Assembly (NCBI RefSeq): GCF_030028105.1
Contig: NC_092390.1
Coordinates: forward strand, 17,892,072 to 17,956,071
Origin: Mobula birostris
Lineage: Eukaryota
DNA length: 64,000 bases
Direction: 5' to 3'
The notes below the pieces were generated by a model. That model did no database searches, was not told where the DNA came from, and saw nothing but the letters and a program-made list of their open reading frames with translations. Both the position numbers and the translations under genes were made by a program. This document shows positions 49,752 through 61,453 of the stretch, piece by piece. Every line of letters begins with the position of its first letter. The first letter of the stretch is position 1.

Positions 49752-50356
49752 TGAATAAACTCTTCTCGGGCTTCCAGCCAAGTACAAGTATCGATTTTAA
49801 CCCTATGTTTCAATGACAAACTGCCATCTTCATCAGGGATGACGCCTGGGCTCATCGAGTCTGGTGGTATTTATACCCCCATCTGATTGGATGAGGACTA
49901 ACATCAGGTTTCTGCAGTCCCACTTTGTTTACAATCAAATTCCAGTTCTTAATTGGAACAAGACTTTCATCTTTGTTAAAATTTTTTCCTTTATTTCAAT
50001 GGCTTCCTTCACCAGACGGTCCCAAAACCCAATGTCACAGCACAGTAGTTTTGTGCAATCAAAGCCAAGCCTATGGCCACTGCGAATGCAATATTCTGCT
50101 ACCACTGATTTCTCTGGGCAACCCAACTCTTGTGCTCCTTAATGTGCGTTTCAACTGTACGCCCCATCTGGCAGATACATACTGGTCCGCATTCACAATC
50201 CAAAGAAGCTCAAATCGCAACTTATGCGGGTCAAAGATGACCTGGGACTCAAGACAGCTGGCGTTTACAGGATTCCCTGTGAATGGCAGAGTTTGCCATC
50301 GAAATGTCAGTTAAAACTGATACCTGTACCTGGATGGAAGCCCAAGAAGAGTTTAG
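49752..50356. mobile_element. Penelope/Poseidon-like fragment with inverted pseudo-LTRs
   Basis: Inverted ends AAACTCTTCTCGGGCTTCCAGCC / GGATGGAAGCCCAAGAAGAGTTT. GIY-YIG pieces on both strands: KSVVAEY..RLVKEAIEI (minus) and AGVYRIPCE (plus). Confidence 0.75.
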
Positions 50357-50369
50357 TTGAGACAGTGAA

Positions 50370-50640
50370 AAGCATCTTTTTGTGTCAATAACTAACACTT
50401 TCCAAGTATGTGCTGGGGGCAGCCTGCAATGTCGTCACACTTCTGGTGCCAACACAGCATGCCCAGAACTTAGTAACCCCAAACTGTGTATCTTTGGGAT
50501 TTTGAAAGAATCCTGAGCACCCGGAGGAAACCCACACAGTGACAGGGAGAACGTACGAACTCAGACAGCAGCGAGAATTGAATCCCAATCAGTGATTGCT
50601 GCCGCTGTATAGTGCTGTACTAACCACAATGCTACTGTTC
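50370..50640 (-). mobile_element. tRNA-derived SINE (further copies ~6530-6750, 18010-18270, 19920-20125, 31560-31810, 42960-43230, 48350-48590, 60940-61230)
   Basis: Shared CACCCGGAGGAAACCCAC / GGGTTTCCTCC core and GGGAATTGAACCC-like B-box. Confidence 0.7.
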
Positions 50641-50707
50641 CACCCACAAAACTCCCTTTACTTTGACCTGTAAGTTAGAAACAGTTGAAGGTAAAATTTC
50701 TCACCTA

Positions 50708-50806
50708 TCATTTCTGATCTGTGATTGCTGCTGGTGCCTTCTTCTTCGATCTCAGTTTGAAGTACAATACAAGTGATGCGATCCCTGCATATGTAGCCAG
50801 TACGTA
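50708..50806 (-). CDS. ATP5MK: ATP5MK coding exon 2: YVLATYAGIASLVLYFKLRSKKKAPAAITDQK*
   Basis: Acceptor ctgcacag; TM helix plus basic tail; total 61 aa; synteny TAF5-ATP5MK-PDCD11 as in human. Confidence 0.95.
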   Translation of the reverse strand, partial: YVLATYAGIASLVLYFKLRSKKKAPAAITDQK

Positions 50807-51269
50807 CTGTGCAGATGAAACAGAGAGGGAGGGGTGAGAGAATGTGCATGTTAATGAAGTGGAACAAAACTCAGTTCCTAAAAAGACACATCTCATGTCT
50901 CAGATGAAGTTTGGTGGACTCTGGGACCTCTTGCATTTCAGAGCCACATCAATGCACGTTCACTGTGGTAACTGAAGCTGGAAAGGGCATCTGTCCAGCC
51001 ATGTCCACCATTCAACAGCATGGCCGTTTCCAAGGCTTACCTACTTTTCTGCTCAGTCCTCTTATTCAGATTCCCCAGCAGGACAGAAGTGTACCAATCT
51101 GCCTCAAATATACTCAACATCTATTCTGTACAGCCCCAGGGCAAGGAAGAGAAAAGCACAAACTTACTGACTCAAGTGAAGAACTTACTACTGATCTCAG
51201 ATCTCAATAGTTCCCCTTATTCAGGATGTATGCCTGATAACTGTTGTGCTGGGTGGCAGGTTGGAGATA

Positions 51270-52887
51270 CAGTGGTATGCAAAAGTTTGGGCACCTCGGT
51301 CAAAATTTCTGTTACTGTGAATAGCTAAGCAAGTAAAAGATGACCTGATTTCCAAAAGGCATGAAGTTAAAGATGACACATTTCTTTAATATTTTAAGCA
51401 GGATTACCTTTTTATTTCCATCTTTTACAGTTTTCAAAATAACAAAAAAGGAAAAGGGCCCAAAGCAAAAGTTTGGGCACCCTGCATGGTCAATATTTAG
51501 TAACACCCCCTTTGGCAGGTATCACAGCTTGTAAACGCTTTCTGTAGCCAGCTAAGAGTCTTTCAATCCTTGACTCTTAGGGATTTTCGCCCATTCTTCC
51601 TTACAAAAGCCTTCCAGTTCTGTGAGATTCTTGGGCTGTCTTGCATGCACTGCTCTTTTGAGGTCCATGTACAGATTTTCAATGATGTTTAGGTCGGGGG
51701 ACTGTGAGGGTCATGGCAAAACCTTCAGCTTGCACCTCCTGAGGTAGTCCATTGTGGATTTTGAGGTGTGTTTAGGATCGTTATCCTGTTGTAGAAGCCA
51801 TCCTCTTTTCATCTTCAGCTTTTTTACAGACGGTGTGATGTTTGCTTCCAGAATTTGCTGGTATTTCATTGAATTCATTTTCCCCTCTACCAGTGAAATG
51901 TTCCCCGTGCCACTGGCTACAACACAAGCCCAAAGCATGATCGATCCACCCCCGTGCTTAACAGTTGGAGAGGTGTTCTTTTCATGAAATTCTGCACCCT
52001 TTTTTCTCCAAGCATACCTTTGCTCATTGCGGCCAAAAAGTTCTACTTTAACTTCATCAGTCCACAGGACTTGTTTCCAAAATGCATCAGGCTTGTTTAG
52101 ATGTTCCTTTGCAAACTTCAGATGCAGGAGTTTGTGGTGAGGATGCAGTGAAGGTTTTCTTCTGATGACTCTTCCATGAAGGTCATATTTGTGCAGGTGT
52201 CGCTGCACAGTAGAACAGTGCACCACCACTCCAGAGTCTGGTAAGTCTTCCTAAAGGTCTTTTGCAGTCATACGAGGGTTTTGATTTGCCTTTCTAGCAA
52301 TCCTACGAGCAGTTCTCTCAGAAAGTTTTCTTGGTCTTCCAGACCTCAACTTGACCCCCACCGTTCCTGTTAATTGCCATTTCTTAATTACATTACAAAC
52401 TGTGGAAATGGCTACCTGAAAACACTTTGCTATCTTCTTATAGCCTTCTCCTGCTTTGTGGGCATCATTTATTTTAGAGTGCTAGGCAGCTGCTTTGAGG
52501 AGCCCATGGCTGCTGATTGTTGGGACAAGGTTTGAGGAGTCAGGGTATTTATAAAGCTTTGAAATTTGCATCAACTGGCCTTTCCTAACGATGACTGTGA
52601 ACAAGCCATAGCCCTAACAAGCTAATTAAGGCCTGAGACCTTGGTAAAAGTTATCTGAGAGCTCAAATCCCTTGGTGTGCCCAAACTTTTGCATGGTGCT
52701 CCTTTCCTTTCTCCCCAACTAAAATTGTACAAAACAAAAATAATACACTAATCTTGCTTAAAATGTTGAAAAGAGTGTTTCATCTTTAACTTTATGACTT
52801 TTGGAGATCAGTTCATCTTCTACTCACTTAACCATTCACAGTAACAGAAATTTTGACCAGGGGTGCCCAAACTTTTGGATGCCACTA
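51270..52887 (-). mobile_element. Full-length Tc1-family (DD34E) transposon, IR/DR type, inactivated
   Basis: TA|CAGTGGTATGCAAAAGTTTGGGCAC...GTGCCCAAACTTTTGGATGCCACTA|TA; ~210-bp IRs with internal DR; [32 protein letters not shown]; stop at 51711. Confidence 0.95.
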
Positions 52888-54767
52888 TATGCCTCTACCA
52901 AAGACGGTGTAAGGCACTCCTTCCCTCCGCTACCCCAATCAGGGTCCCGTAAAGCCATGGGAGCAGGCAGTGCATAGTCGTATGAGCAGCTGGTGCATAT
53001 CATAAGTCCTGATTATGATGCCAGGCAGACAATCTCTGAAGGGTATTGATAATGACTGGGGCCACCTGTCCTATTAAGACATTGTCCAAAAGAAGGCAAT
53101 GGCAAACCACTTCTGTAGAAAAATTTGCCAAGAACAATCATGGTCATAATCACCTACATCATACAACACGGCACATAATAATAATGATGAACTGTAGTAA
53201 CCCTAGCCAAGGGAATGGCTTACCAATATTGGCCCTGCTGTGTTCTAATGAATGAACTCTTCAAAATGCCAAAGGACATTGCTTAATTTATCTGACAGGA
53301 CAGCCCTCTCAACAAACCTCTGCTGCACTCTGGGTTGCATTACATTAGGCTTGGAGACCAAACATTCATCTGTTACTGTAGGTGCATCTTTTATTCCCTG
53401 TTATGAAAGTCAACCAGCTGCTTGTTTTATTAATCATTTGTTTCTGCTTCAATTCCAGTAATTTATACCATACACAATGATTACTGAAAACCATATTTAT
53501 CTTAAGATTTACTCACCTATGAAATGCTCTATGTTCTACTTACTAAATAAATTTGCTTTACTATTTCCACTTTGCCCATGCCATACTCTGCCATTTTTAA
53601 ACTTGTGGATTTCACCACTGCGCTTTCTTCAGCAGCCACTCTGTGCACTTGGTCAGTGGCAGTCTTGCCAATTAACTAGATTTCAAAGGACACCATTGTG
53701 AAAAAAAACCCAGCAACAACATTTCGGTACATTCTGAAGCCATAAGAGGATGGCAGAAGTGTAACTTCTTCCTACTTTCTCCAAGGGAGACTCAGCTCAA
53801 AACAGTTACAGAGACAAAGACAATTTAGGTGGGTTCTATGACAAAAGAATTTTGTACAATGGTTGCTTGTCGGTCTTTTTCTGTCAAGACCATAAGAAAC
53901 AGAAGCAGAATTAGGTAATTCAACCCATCGATTCTTCTCTGCCATTCTCTTTCCTTCTCCCCATAACCTTTGGGACCCTTACTAATAAAGTACCTATCAA
54001 CCTCCACAACAACTTGGCTTTCTCAGCTGTCTGTGGCAACATATTCCAGATTCACTACCCTCTGGCTAAAGAGATCCCTCATCTCTGTTCTAAAGGAATG
54101 TCCTTTTATATTCTAAGGCTGTGACCTCTAGTCCTAGACTCCTCACTATAGGAAACATTGTTTTCACGTCCAATCTATCCAGGCTGGAATGTAGGCTCTG
54201 ATCTCAGTGTTGTAATAGTTTAGTGATTCTCAGCAAGAGACTAAGTTTGAATCTGGGTGGGGGCACTTTAAATTAGGGAGCAACTTCAAGATTATCGTCA
54301 GTCAGCATAAAGCATGTGCCTTGTATCTTCCGTCCAGACTTTATCTGTGTCTGCAGGTCTCTGAATAGGCAGGCTCGCTCCACCTTTCCTGATGAGTCCA
54401 ATGTGATCTGGTACACCTCCACCACACTTACTCACAGACTCACATCTCTAGTGACAGCAGGTGACCACACAGTATGTCAAGGCCAATCCACACTCTCCCC
54501 CCCTCAACCACTAACCACCAGCATCTCAAAATGCTGGGGGAACTCAGTAAGTCAGGCAGCACCTACGGAGGGGGAATAGACAATCAATATTTTGGGCTGA
54601 GGTTCTTCATCAAAACATTGCCGAGTTCTCCAGCATTTTGCATTTGTTGTTCAAGATTTCCACATCTGCAGAATCTCCTGTATTTATGATTAGCTACCAA
54701 CATCCATCAATCTCCACAACCAACTCAGCATCTCTTGCTTCCTCCAGATCACTCTCGCGGTACTTAC

Positions 54768-54854
54768 GTTCCTCCTGCCTGTCATGGTGTAGGCATTGAA
54801 ATATTTCTGGAATCCAGTGAACTGGTGCTGGCCAGAAGCGTCGTGACCTGCCAT
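54768..54854 (-). CDS. ATP5MK: ATP synthase membrane subunit k (USMG5/DAPIT), coding exon 1: MAGHDASGQHQFTGFQKYFNAYTMTGRRN
   Basis: 87 bp; QFTG..YFN.YT.TGR.N signature; donor gtaagt. Confidence 0.95.
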
Positions 54855-57049
54855 TCTCCTTACACTGGCTGCAGAGAGAGAAAATGACACGTTTCAACAA
54901 GCGTCACAACAAATATCTTGGCATCCCAGTCCAAGTGTGCAACTGACGTGTGTTGAAGCTGAACACAATGAAACGGAGCTTCAAAACCCGCAAACATCTC
55001 AACATCAACACGATCTATTTCTATAGTAACTGAGTGTAAAGAAAAAGCACAAGTACACAAAGAACAGAGCACAGTGCAGGCCCTTTGGCCCGCAATGTTG
55101 TACCAACCCTTCAACCTACCCAAAGATCAATCTAACCCTTCACTGCCGCATAGCCCACCATTTTACAGTCATCCACATGCGTATCTAAGCGTTTCTTAAG
55201 TGCCCCCGACATATTTTTCAAATCTATAATTTATTGTACAGGAGATCTATTCAATAGCCCAGACAGAATATGATTTCAGCAAGTACAGATGGAAAACAAT
55301 TCAAATACTAAAAGCAGGAGATGTCAGCCACTCTGCTTATAACACTTCAGTCCTCTCTGTTTGCAGGAAAGGTGCCAGATGTTCAGAACTACCAACATTA
55401 ATCAGCAGCTTAAAAAGAGAGACAGGGGAGAAAACACACACACACACACACACATTCTCTCTCTTGCGGGCTGCCCTCAGCACATCCTCGAGCTGTCTTA
55501 GCCATTGATGCAAACGACAAATTTCACTGTCTGTTTTAATGCACGTGATAAATAAAGCTAATCTACAGAAATAGAACAGTGTAGCAACGGACAGGCCAAT
55601 TGTCCACCAATGTTGTGCCAACCTTGATGACAATTTATACCATGACCTCCTGTGCATCATCCACACCCCTCCACTCTGTTCATTTCAATGCCCGTGTAAA
55701 CTCTACCTAAATTATGTCAATAAAGGTAACATGATAAAGTTTACAGTTGATAAAAATGTGTGATTGGCAGTAAAAAAGGGAAGATTTAGATTGCAGAAAG
55801 TTATCAATAAACAAGAAATTCTGCAGAGCGATGGCAACACAGCGCTGGAGGAATTCAGCAGGTCAGGCAGCATTTGTGGAAAAGTATAAACAAACACGAT
55901 AAAGGAAATAAATAGCTGACTTTTATTTGTTTTTCCTCTCATTGAGCGTTGGTCTTTTTAAAAAATTGCTTCGTTCCTGTTTCTTGTTTTGTGGCTGTCT
56001 GCAAGCAGACCAATCTCAGGGTTGCATAATTTATACCTACTTTGAAAATAAGCTTTCCTTTGATCTTGAACATTTCAGGACATGACCCAAATACTGATGG
56101 CCTGGTCAGTTGGGCAGCAAGTGGGAAATGAAATTTAATCCAGAGAAGAGCAAAGTAAAATATTAGTGAGGTGGATCAGGCAAAAAATATGAAAACATAG
56201 GCTACAGAACGATGTAAAGGAACAGAGAGAATGCATACCCAGAGATCCTCAGGTCTGATCAATAAGGCAGTTAAAGGAGCATACAGGATTCTTTCATTTC
56301 TTCTTCAAGCACGAATACGAACAGAAAGGTAGTGTGAAACGGAGACAGCTTGAGCACTCGTGCATTCCCGGTCTCCAGGTCACAGCAGAGAAGGGATTGC
56401 ACTGGGGTGTAGGGGGATTTGTGAGGATGTTACCGGGATGGAACACTGTCGTCCTTAGGGAACGATTCGGGATGAAGGGAGAGCTGATGGAGACATCCAG
56501 AGGGATTAAATCGACTTCACGAACTACTCTGCCCTATCATCAAGAATTGGTAAACTCCGTCCCTCAGGCCAGTCCAATCCAAAGACTGGAGGGCTGGGGA
56601 TCTGCCGACGGGGGCGGAAACCCTGCGAGGGTGTGAGTAGCCAGCGCTCCTCCAGACCCAGCGGGCAGCCGCGGTGTCTGTTTCCCGGTGATAGAAGGGC
56701 CTCTCCGAGCCGGAAGGGGGACAATCGGCTCAACGACCTCTTACGGTCCAGCGAAGTCTGACTGAAGGATGCGGAGCCCGGGCTTCCCCGACCCCCGCCC
56801 TCTGGGTACAGGGCCTCACCGACCCTCCTTCCGCCATTCCCGGCCGCCTGAAACGGGGCCCGTCCCGTGTACGAGAAGCTCAGGTTAGGGAGTCGTGGCC
56901 ACACTAGGCCCCGGTTTTCTCACCGAGCTCCCGCTGAGGCCTGTCCAACTGTCTCACTATCCCCAGGCATTCCCGCCCCCGGCCCCCTCATTCTCACCTT
57001 CACTCCGCCGATCCCAATGTCCTTCACAGGCCCAGGCGCCACAGAGCGG

Positions 57050-57430
57050 CGCCGGAAATACCGCCCACCAGCAGCGCCTATTGGAAGAGATTCCCGTCAC
57101 TCGACCTGTTCCTGACACGGCCGAGTGCTTTACTTATCTATTGACCGAATGTAGTGTCAATCACATTAACCCCACCAACGTAAAACGCCTATTGGACCGG
57201 TTGAACCTCAACTGCACTTATTCTGTCTCCTCAGCAACCATTGATTGGCAAATGTATGACCCGCCCACCACGGGACAGGCCTACAATGATTGGACTACAG
57301 ACAAAGCTCCCTACTTGCATTGGACAATGTTGACGTCACTCATCATATGTCTGCTGTTGATTGGGCAAGATTGTGGGAGCCTCTCAAGGCGGGCTAAGTG
57401 CCACATACAGTCCACTCTCCGGAAGTATTT
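57050..57430. promoter_or_regulatory. Bidirectional CpG-island promoter of ATP5MK and PDCD11
   Basis: Six ATTGG (CCAAT) boxes at 57080, 57191, 57244, 57289, 57319 and 57360; ETS CCGGAA at 57052 and 57419. Confidence 0.8.
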
Positions 57431-57488
57431 GCTGGGCGTCGCGAAGTATTTCCGGAGGTTGGAGTCATGGCGATGCCCATGTGAGCGG
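57430..57488 (+). other. PDCD11: Probable PDCD11 non-coding exon 1 with a uORF
   Basis: Lies downstream of the ETS site; candidate donors gtgagc (57481) and gtgagg (57489). Confidence 0.55.
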
Positions 57489-58592
57489 GTGAGGAAGCAG
57501 CGGGTGTTGTACGGTAGATGTGGTCGGGTTGTCCGTCGGCAGGGGTTGGGGGGGTCGCGTGTCCGGGTCCTGATGGGGGAGCGTGGGTGGGGTGGAATAG
57601 GATGGTGGAGGAGGTAACGGGTTGGGTCGGTGGGGAGGGGAGATCCTTGCGTCCGGGGGCCCTCGGGCAGAGCGAACCCGTGGGTCCAGGGTTCGGCTGG
57701 GTGTTGTGGAATAGGATGGTGTGGGGTGGGGGTGTAGCGAGTTGGACCGGTGGGGAGAGGAGGCCCCTGGTTCCGAGACCCCTCTGGGACGTATCATGTC
57801 CGTGTGTCCAGATTTCTGGTGAGAGAGTGATGGACAAAGTGGAGTAGAATAGAGTTGTGAGGGGATGTAACGGGTTGGGCCGGTGCTGATGGGATGCAGG
57901 GTCTTCGGGGATGGCAGGTTGCTTGAGGGTCCAGGGCGAGGTGGGGACGGGGAGGATTATCACCGTTCGGTGCCGGAACGGAGATACAGGAGGGGCCCTC
58001 GACCCTTTTCTAACTTACAGCGGCATGGTATCAGGTCATTTGGCACAGCAGTCGGCGCCCATCCTTAAAAAGTCGCAGAGTTCGTTTAATTATCACTCAT
58101 CTATACACGAGAATACAACCAAAGGAAACAGCATTCCACCGGGACCAATGTGTAAAAATACGGTACCAATGTCACGCATATTTCAATATGCAGAAAACAG
58201 ATAGCAGTACTAGCCGCAGAAAAGACTGGCTAGTGACATTACAGAAGTGTATGAGGGCGTAGGTAGCATCTATTTATCTTCCCCAGGCAAGGGAATCAAG
58301 AAATAGAGTGCACGGATGAGAGGAGAGTTGACCAGAGAGGCTGTACGGAGAGGTTTCCACACAGAGGGTGGTCTGTATATGGTATGAGCTGCCAGAGGTA
58401 GTGGTTGCCCAGGTACATTAAAGATATTTAAAACTTACTTGGATAGATGTGTGGTTAAGAAAGGTTTGGAAGAATATGTGGCAACTGGGAGCCAGCTTAG
58501 ATGAGCATCTTGGTCATAATAGAGCAGTTGGGCCAAAGGGGCCTGTTTTTGTGTTGTATGACTGTGACATCTCCTGGTACCTAGCCCACTCA

Positions 58593-59390
58593 AAGGTTCA
58601 AAGGTCAAATTTAATGTCAGAGGCATGTATACAATATTCATCCTGAAATGCTTTTTCTTCGCAAGCATCCACAAAAACAGAGTAGTGCCCCAAAGAATGA
58701 ACGACAGTTAAACGTGAGAACCCCAAAGTCCCCCCCAGCTCCCCCCTCCTGCACGTAAGCGGCAGCGAGCAACAATCCCCCCTCCCCCACCAACAAAAAA
58801 AAAAGGCATCGGTACCATCACCGAGCCCAATTGTGTGCTAAGCAATAGCAAAGACAGACCAAAGTTGCACCAAAAGCTTCGCATTTTATCCAAAATTTAA
58901 ACCACAGGTTCTCTCCTTCCCTGGCCAGGGAGAGGGCAGTGTCCCCATTTTCACAGCGAGTGGGAGACATAACACCAACCCGCTGGTTTACAATCTTAAA
59001 AGTCCGTTTCGTCACTTTTTCCGAGCTCTGTGTCCGAAGATCGCAAAGACCTCGGGTCTTTGGGCCCACAGCGGAAGCTTTTCCGGCCTCCCTGATGACA
59101 CACGAGTCTCCTGCCCTGACACCGACCCTTGATCTGCCCATCTCCAGAGACCCAAGATGTTAGGCTTCCAAACACGATCAAGATTCTTAGGCCAAACCCT
59201 TGACATGTCGAATAGCAACCAGTCGTGAACCCTGAGAACGGGTCCCATCCCTGCAAAGAACCGAAGCCTGTGTGTAACTCCAGGTCAGGGTCTTCAAAAG
59301 AGCCCTGAAAGGGAAAAATAGAGATATTAAAGGTGGAAGTAGAGCTGTTTCTGAAGATGCAAGCAAAGGAGTTGTTGTTAGGTGCCATTC
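58593..59390 (-). mobile_element. Unclassified interspersed repeat with a short tandem tail (related copy ~27180-27545)
   Basis: AAGGTTCAAAGGTCAAATTTAAT start and similarity between the two copies (CATCCTGAAA / CATCCTTGAAA). Confidence 0.45.
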
Positions 59391-59762
59391 ACTCTCCTAA
59401 ACTCTATCTCCAGTGTTGCCCGTACACCCCTGATTCTCTTCTGTCAGCCTGTCTTGAACTGGGGTTCCCAACCCAGGCCAGACTCCATGCATTCCTCGGT
59501 TAATGGTCAGGCTCAATGGCATGAAAAGGGTTTGGAACCCCCTAGTCTGGAATCAACTCAGAGTTGCAAACATTCACCACCCCATTTCTGTACTGAACAT
59601 CTGACGCTTCGAAACCTGAACACTCATTCTATTTCTAGAAGTCCCAGGCAGACAAAACAGCTCCACAATCACCCTGTCAAGCCCATAAGGCTTCAGTTGC
59701 TCAGTCCTTGAGAACTTCTAATCAGATACTGCGGGGCTTTATGGGGGTGGGGTGGTGTGTAA

Positions 59763-60267
59763 AGGCTGATTTATACTTCTGCGTCAAATGGGTGCCATAA
59801 CCTACGCAAGTGGCCGACGTGCGTGGTGAGCATCTATACTTGTGCATTGGTGTGTCTGCGTCGCTCTACAATTCGCGCACATCGCGCATGCGCACACACC
59901 TGCCCGCGCAAGGCTTCATGGTCATGGTAGCCTTTCTCGGGATAAACAAGTATAAAGGGAGCGTCTTTTTTCGTAAAAGCGAAATGTGTCCTCCATAATT
60001 TCAGAGGTCTGTGGAAAGCATTGCAGCCAGAGTTCCTTCCCTGCCCTTCGGTCGGCCAGTGGGAAGCTATTGCAGCGTATGAGGAAATGCGATGCTACCA
60101 AGCGGACCAATCACAGTTGTTGCAGTCTGCGTTGCCGTGACGCGCAGTTACATTTTGGGAGAGATGTGCATCAGGCTACGGCGTAGGGATCCGCGTAGCT
60201 TCTGCATATGGTTCGCGGCGATGCCGTACCTACGGTGTCGAGTTGACACACAAGTATAAATCAGCCT
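59763..60267 (+). mobile_element. PIF/Harbinger MITE, same family as 13264-14018, with TAA TSD
   Basis: TAA|AGGCTGATTTATACTT...AAGTATAAATCAGCCT|TAA; SIISEVCGK transposase remnant. Confidence 0.9.
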
Positions 60268-61453
60268 TAAGCATATCAGCAAGGGATTTGTTAGATAAGA
60301 GATGATCAACCATAATGAATGCAGCCAAATGAAACGGCTTTCCTCCGGTGCCAAGGTGTACACCGTATTACCAACAGCACACATGGTTACGATTGCAGAA
60401 AAACATAGTCATACAAAAATATCACCCGAGTCCCCGAGTGGCCTGTGGAATTATGGTGTATGGGATGTCCTGGTCCAATGTGTTTTTCCACCAAGCCCAC
60501 ACCAGAGGGCAGCACCAGCAGAGGGGACCAGCCCCCAATCCATTGTGCCCGCAGAGGCCTCCGCTCCCTCCCACACCACCCTGATGTCTCCTCTCCTGAG
60601 CAGACCCTGCAGGTTGAGGGGCTAGTCCGTGGTGCAGCCGAGGCAGCACAGCTCTCCCACTGTCAGTCTCACCAATAAACTAGTGAGCCAGACTGCATTA
60701 TCACTGCCCAATGGGGTCCTGCGGTCACAAGAAACACATCCAAAACAATCACTCTCACCATCTGTTGGATTGTGCACCATCTTGGCACAACAACAGGACG
60801 CAGTAAGTCCAGCTCCATCGCTATCGAGCAACTCACTGTCACTACAGCAGCAAAGCACTTGCAACCTATACCTGTTGTCTTCACTCTCTTTCCCAGCGAT
60901 GTCAAGCTTTGAAAATTCAGTCCAAGAAAGAAAACAGGATTAGCTTTGTTTGTCACATGTACGTCGACTATTAAAACATACAGCGAAATGCATGATTTGT
61001 GTTGATGACCAACACTGTCCAAAGATGTGCTGGGGGCAGCCCACGAGTGTCACCATGCTTTCAGCGCCAACAGTGCAAATTACCCGTCTTTGGGATGTGG
61101 GAGGAAACCAGAGCACCCGGAGGAAACCTGCACGTTCATGGGGACAACATGCAAAGTCCTTAAAGACAGCGGCAGAAATTAAACTTGCACCACTGGCACT
61201 GTAGCGTGCTGAGCTAACTACTATGCTACTCTGCCTCCTCCGTTTCACTGAATTCTTAAAAACTAAGATAGTGGTGTGCACCTAGTAGCCGCAGAGTGAA
61301 GTTTTCAGCCACCCGGTTCCAATCCCAAACCTGGGTCCTGTTCTTGTGGAGTTTGCTTTCTCTACTGGTGACTGCATTAGTTTCCTCTGAGTGCTCCACT
61401 TCCATCCCATACCTCACATGGCAGCTTATTTGGCCGTTGACAGTTGTGTAGTG

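Larger units (their letters stand above)
48830..57050 (-). other. ATP5MK: ATP5MK gene span: non-coding exon 1 (~57050-56998), two coding exons, terminal UTR exon starting at 49378
   Basis: Donor AAG|gtgaga at 56998/56997; acceptor ttctttttttag before 49378; minus-strand AATAAA at 48856-48851. Confidence 0.75.

Noticed and set aside
54870-56990. Intronic miRNA equivalent to mammalian MIR1307
   Set aside because: No supporting hairpin or seed identified by eye; the intron is mostly repeat remnants.
56895-57963. 240-aa and 189-aa ORFs over the CpG island
   Set aside because: Stop-poor GC-rich promoter and intron sequence with no recognisable domain.
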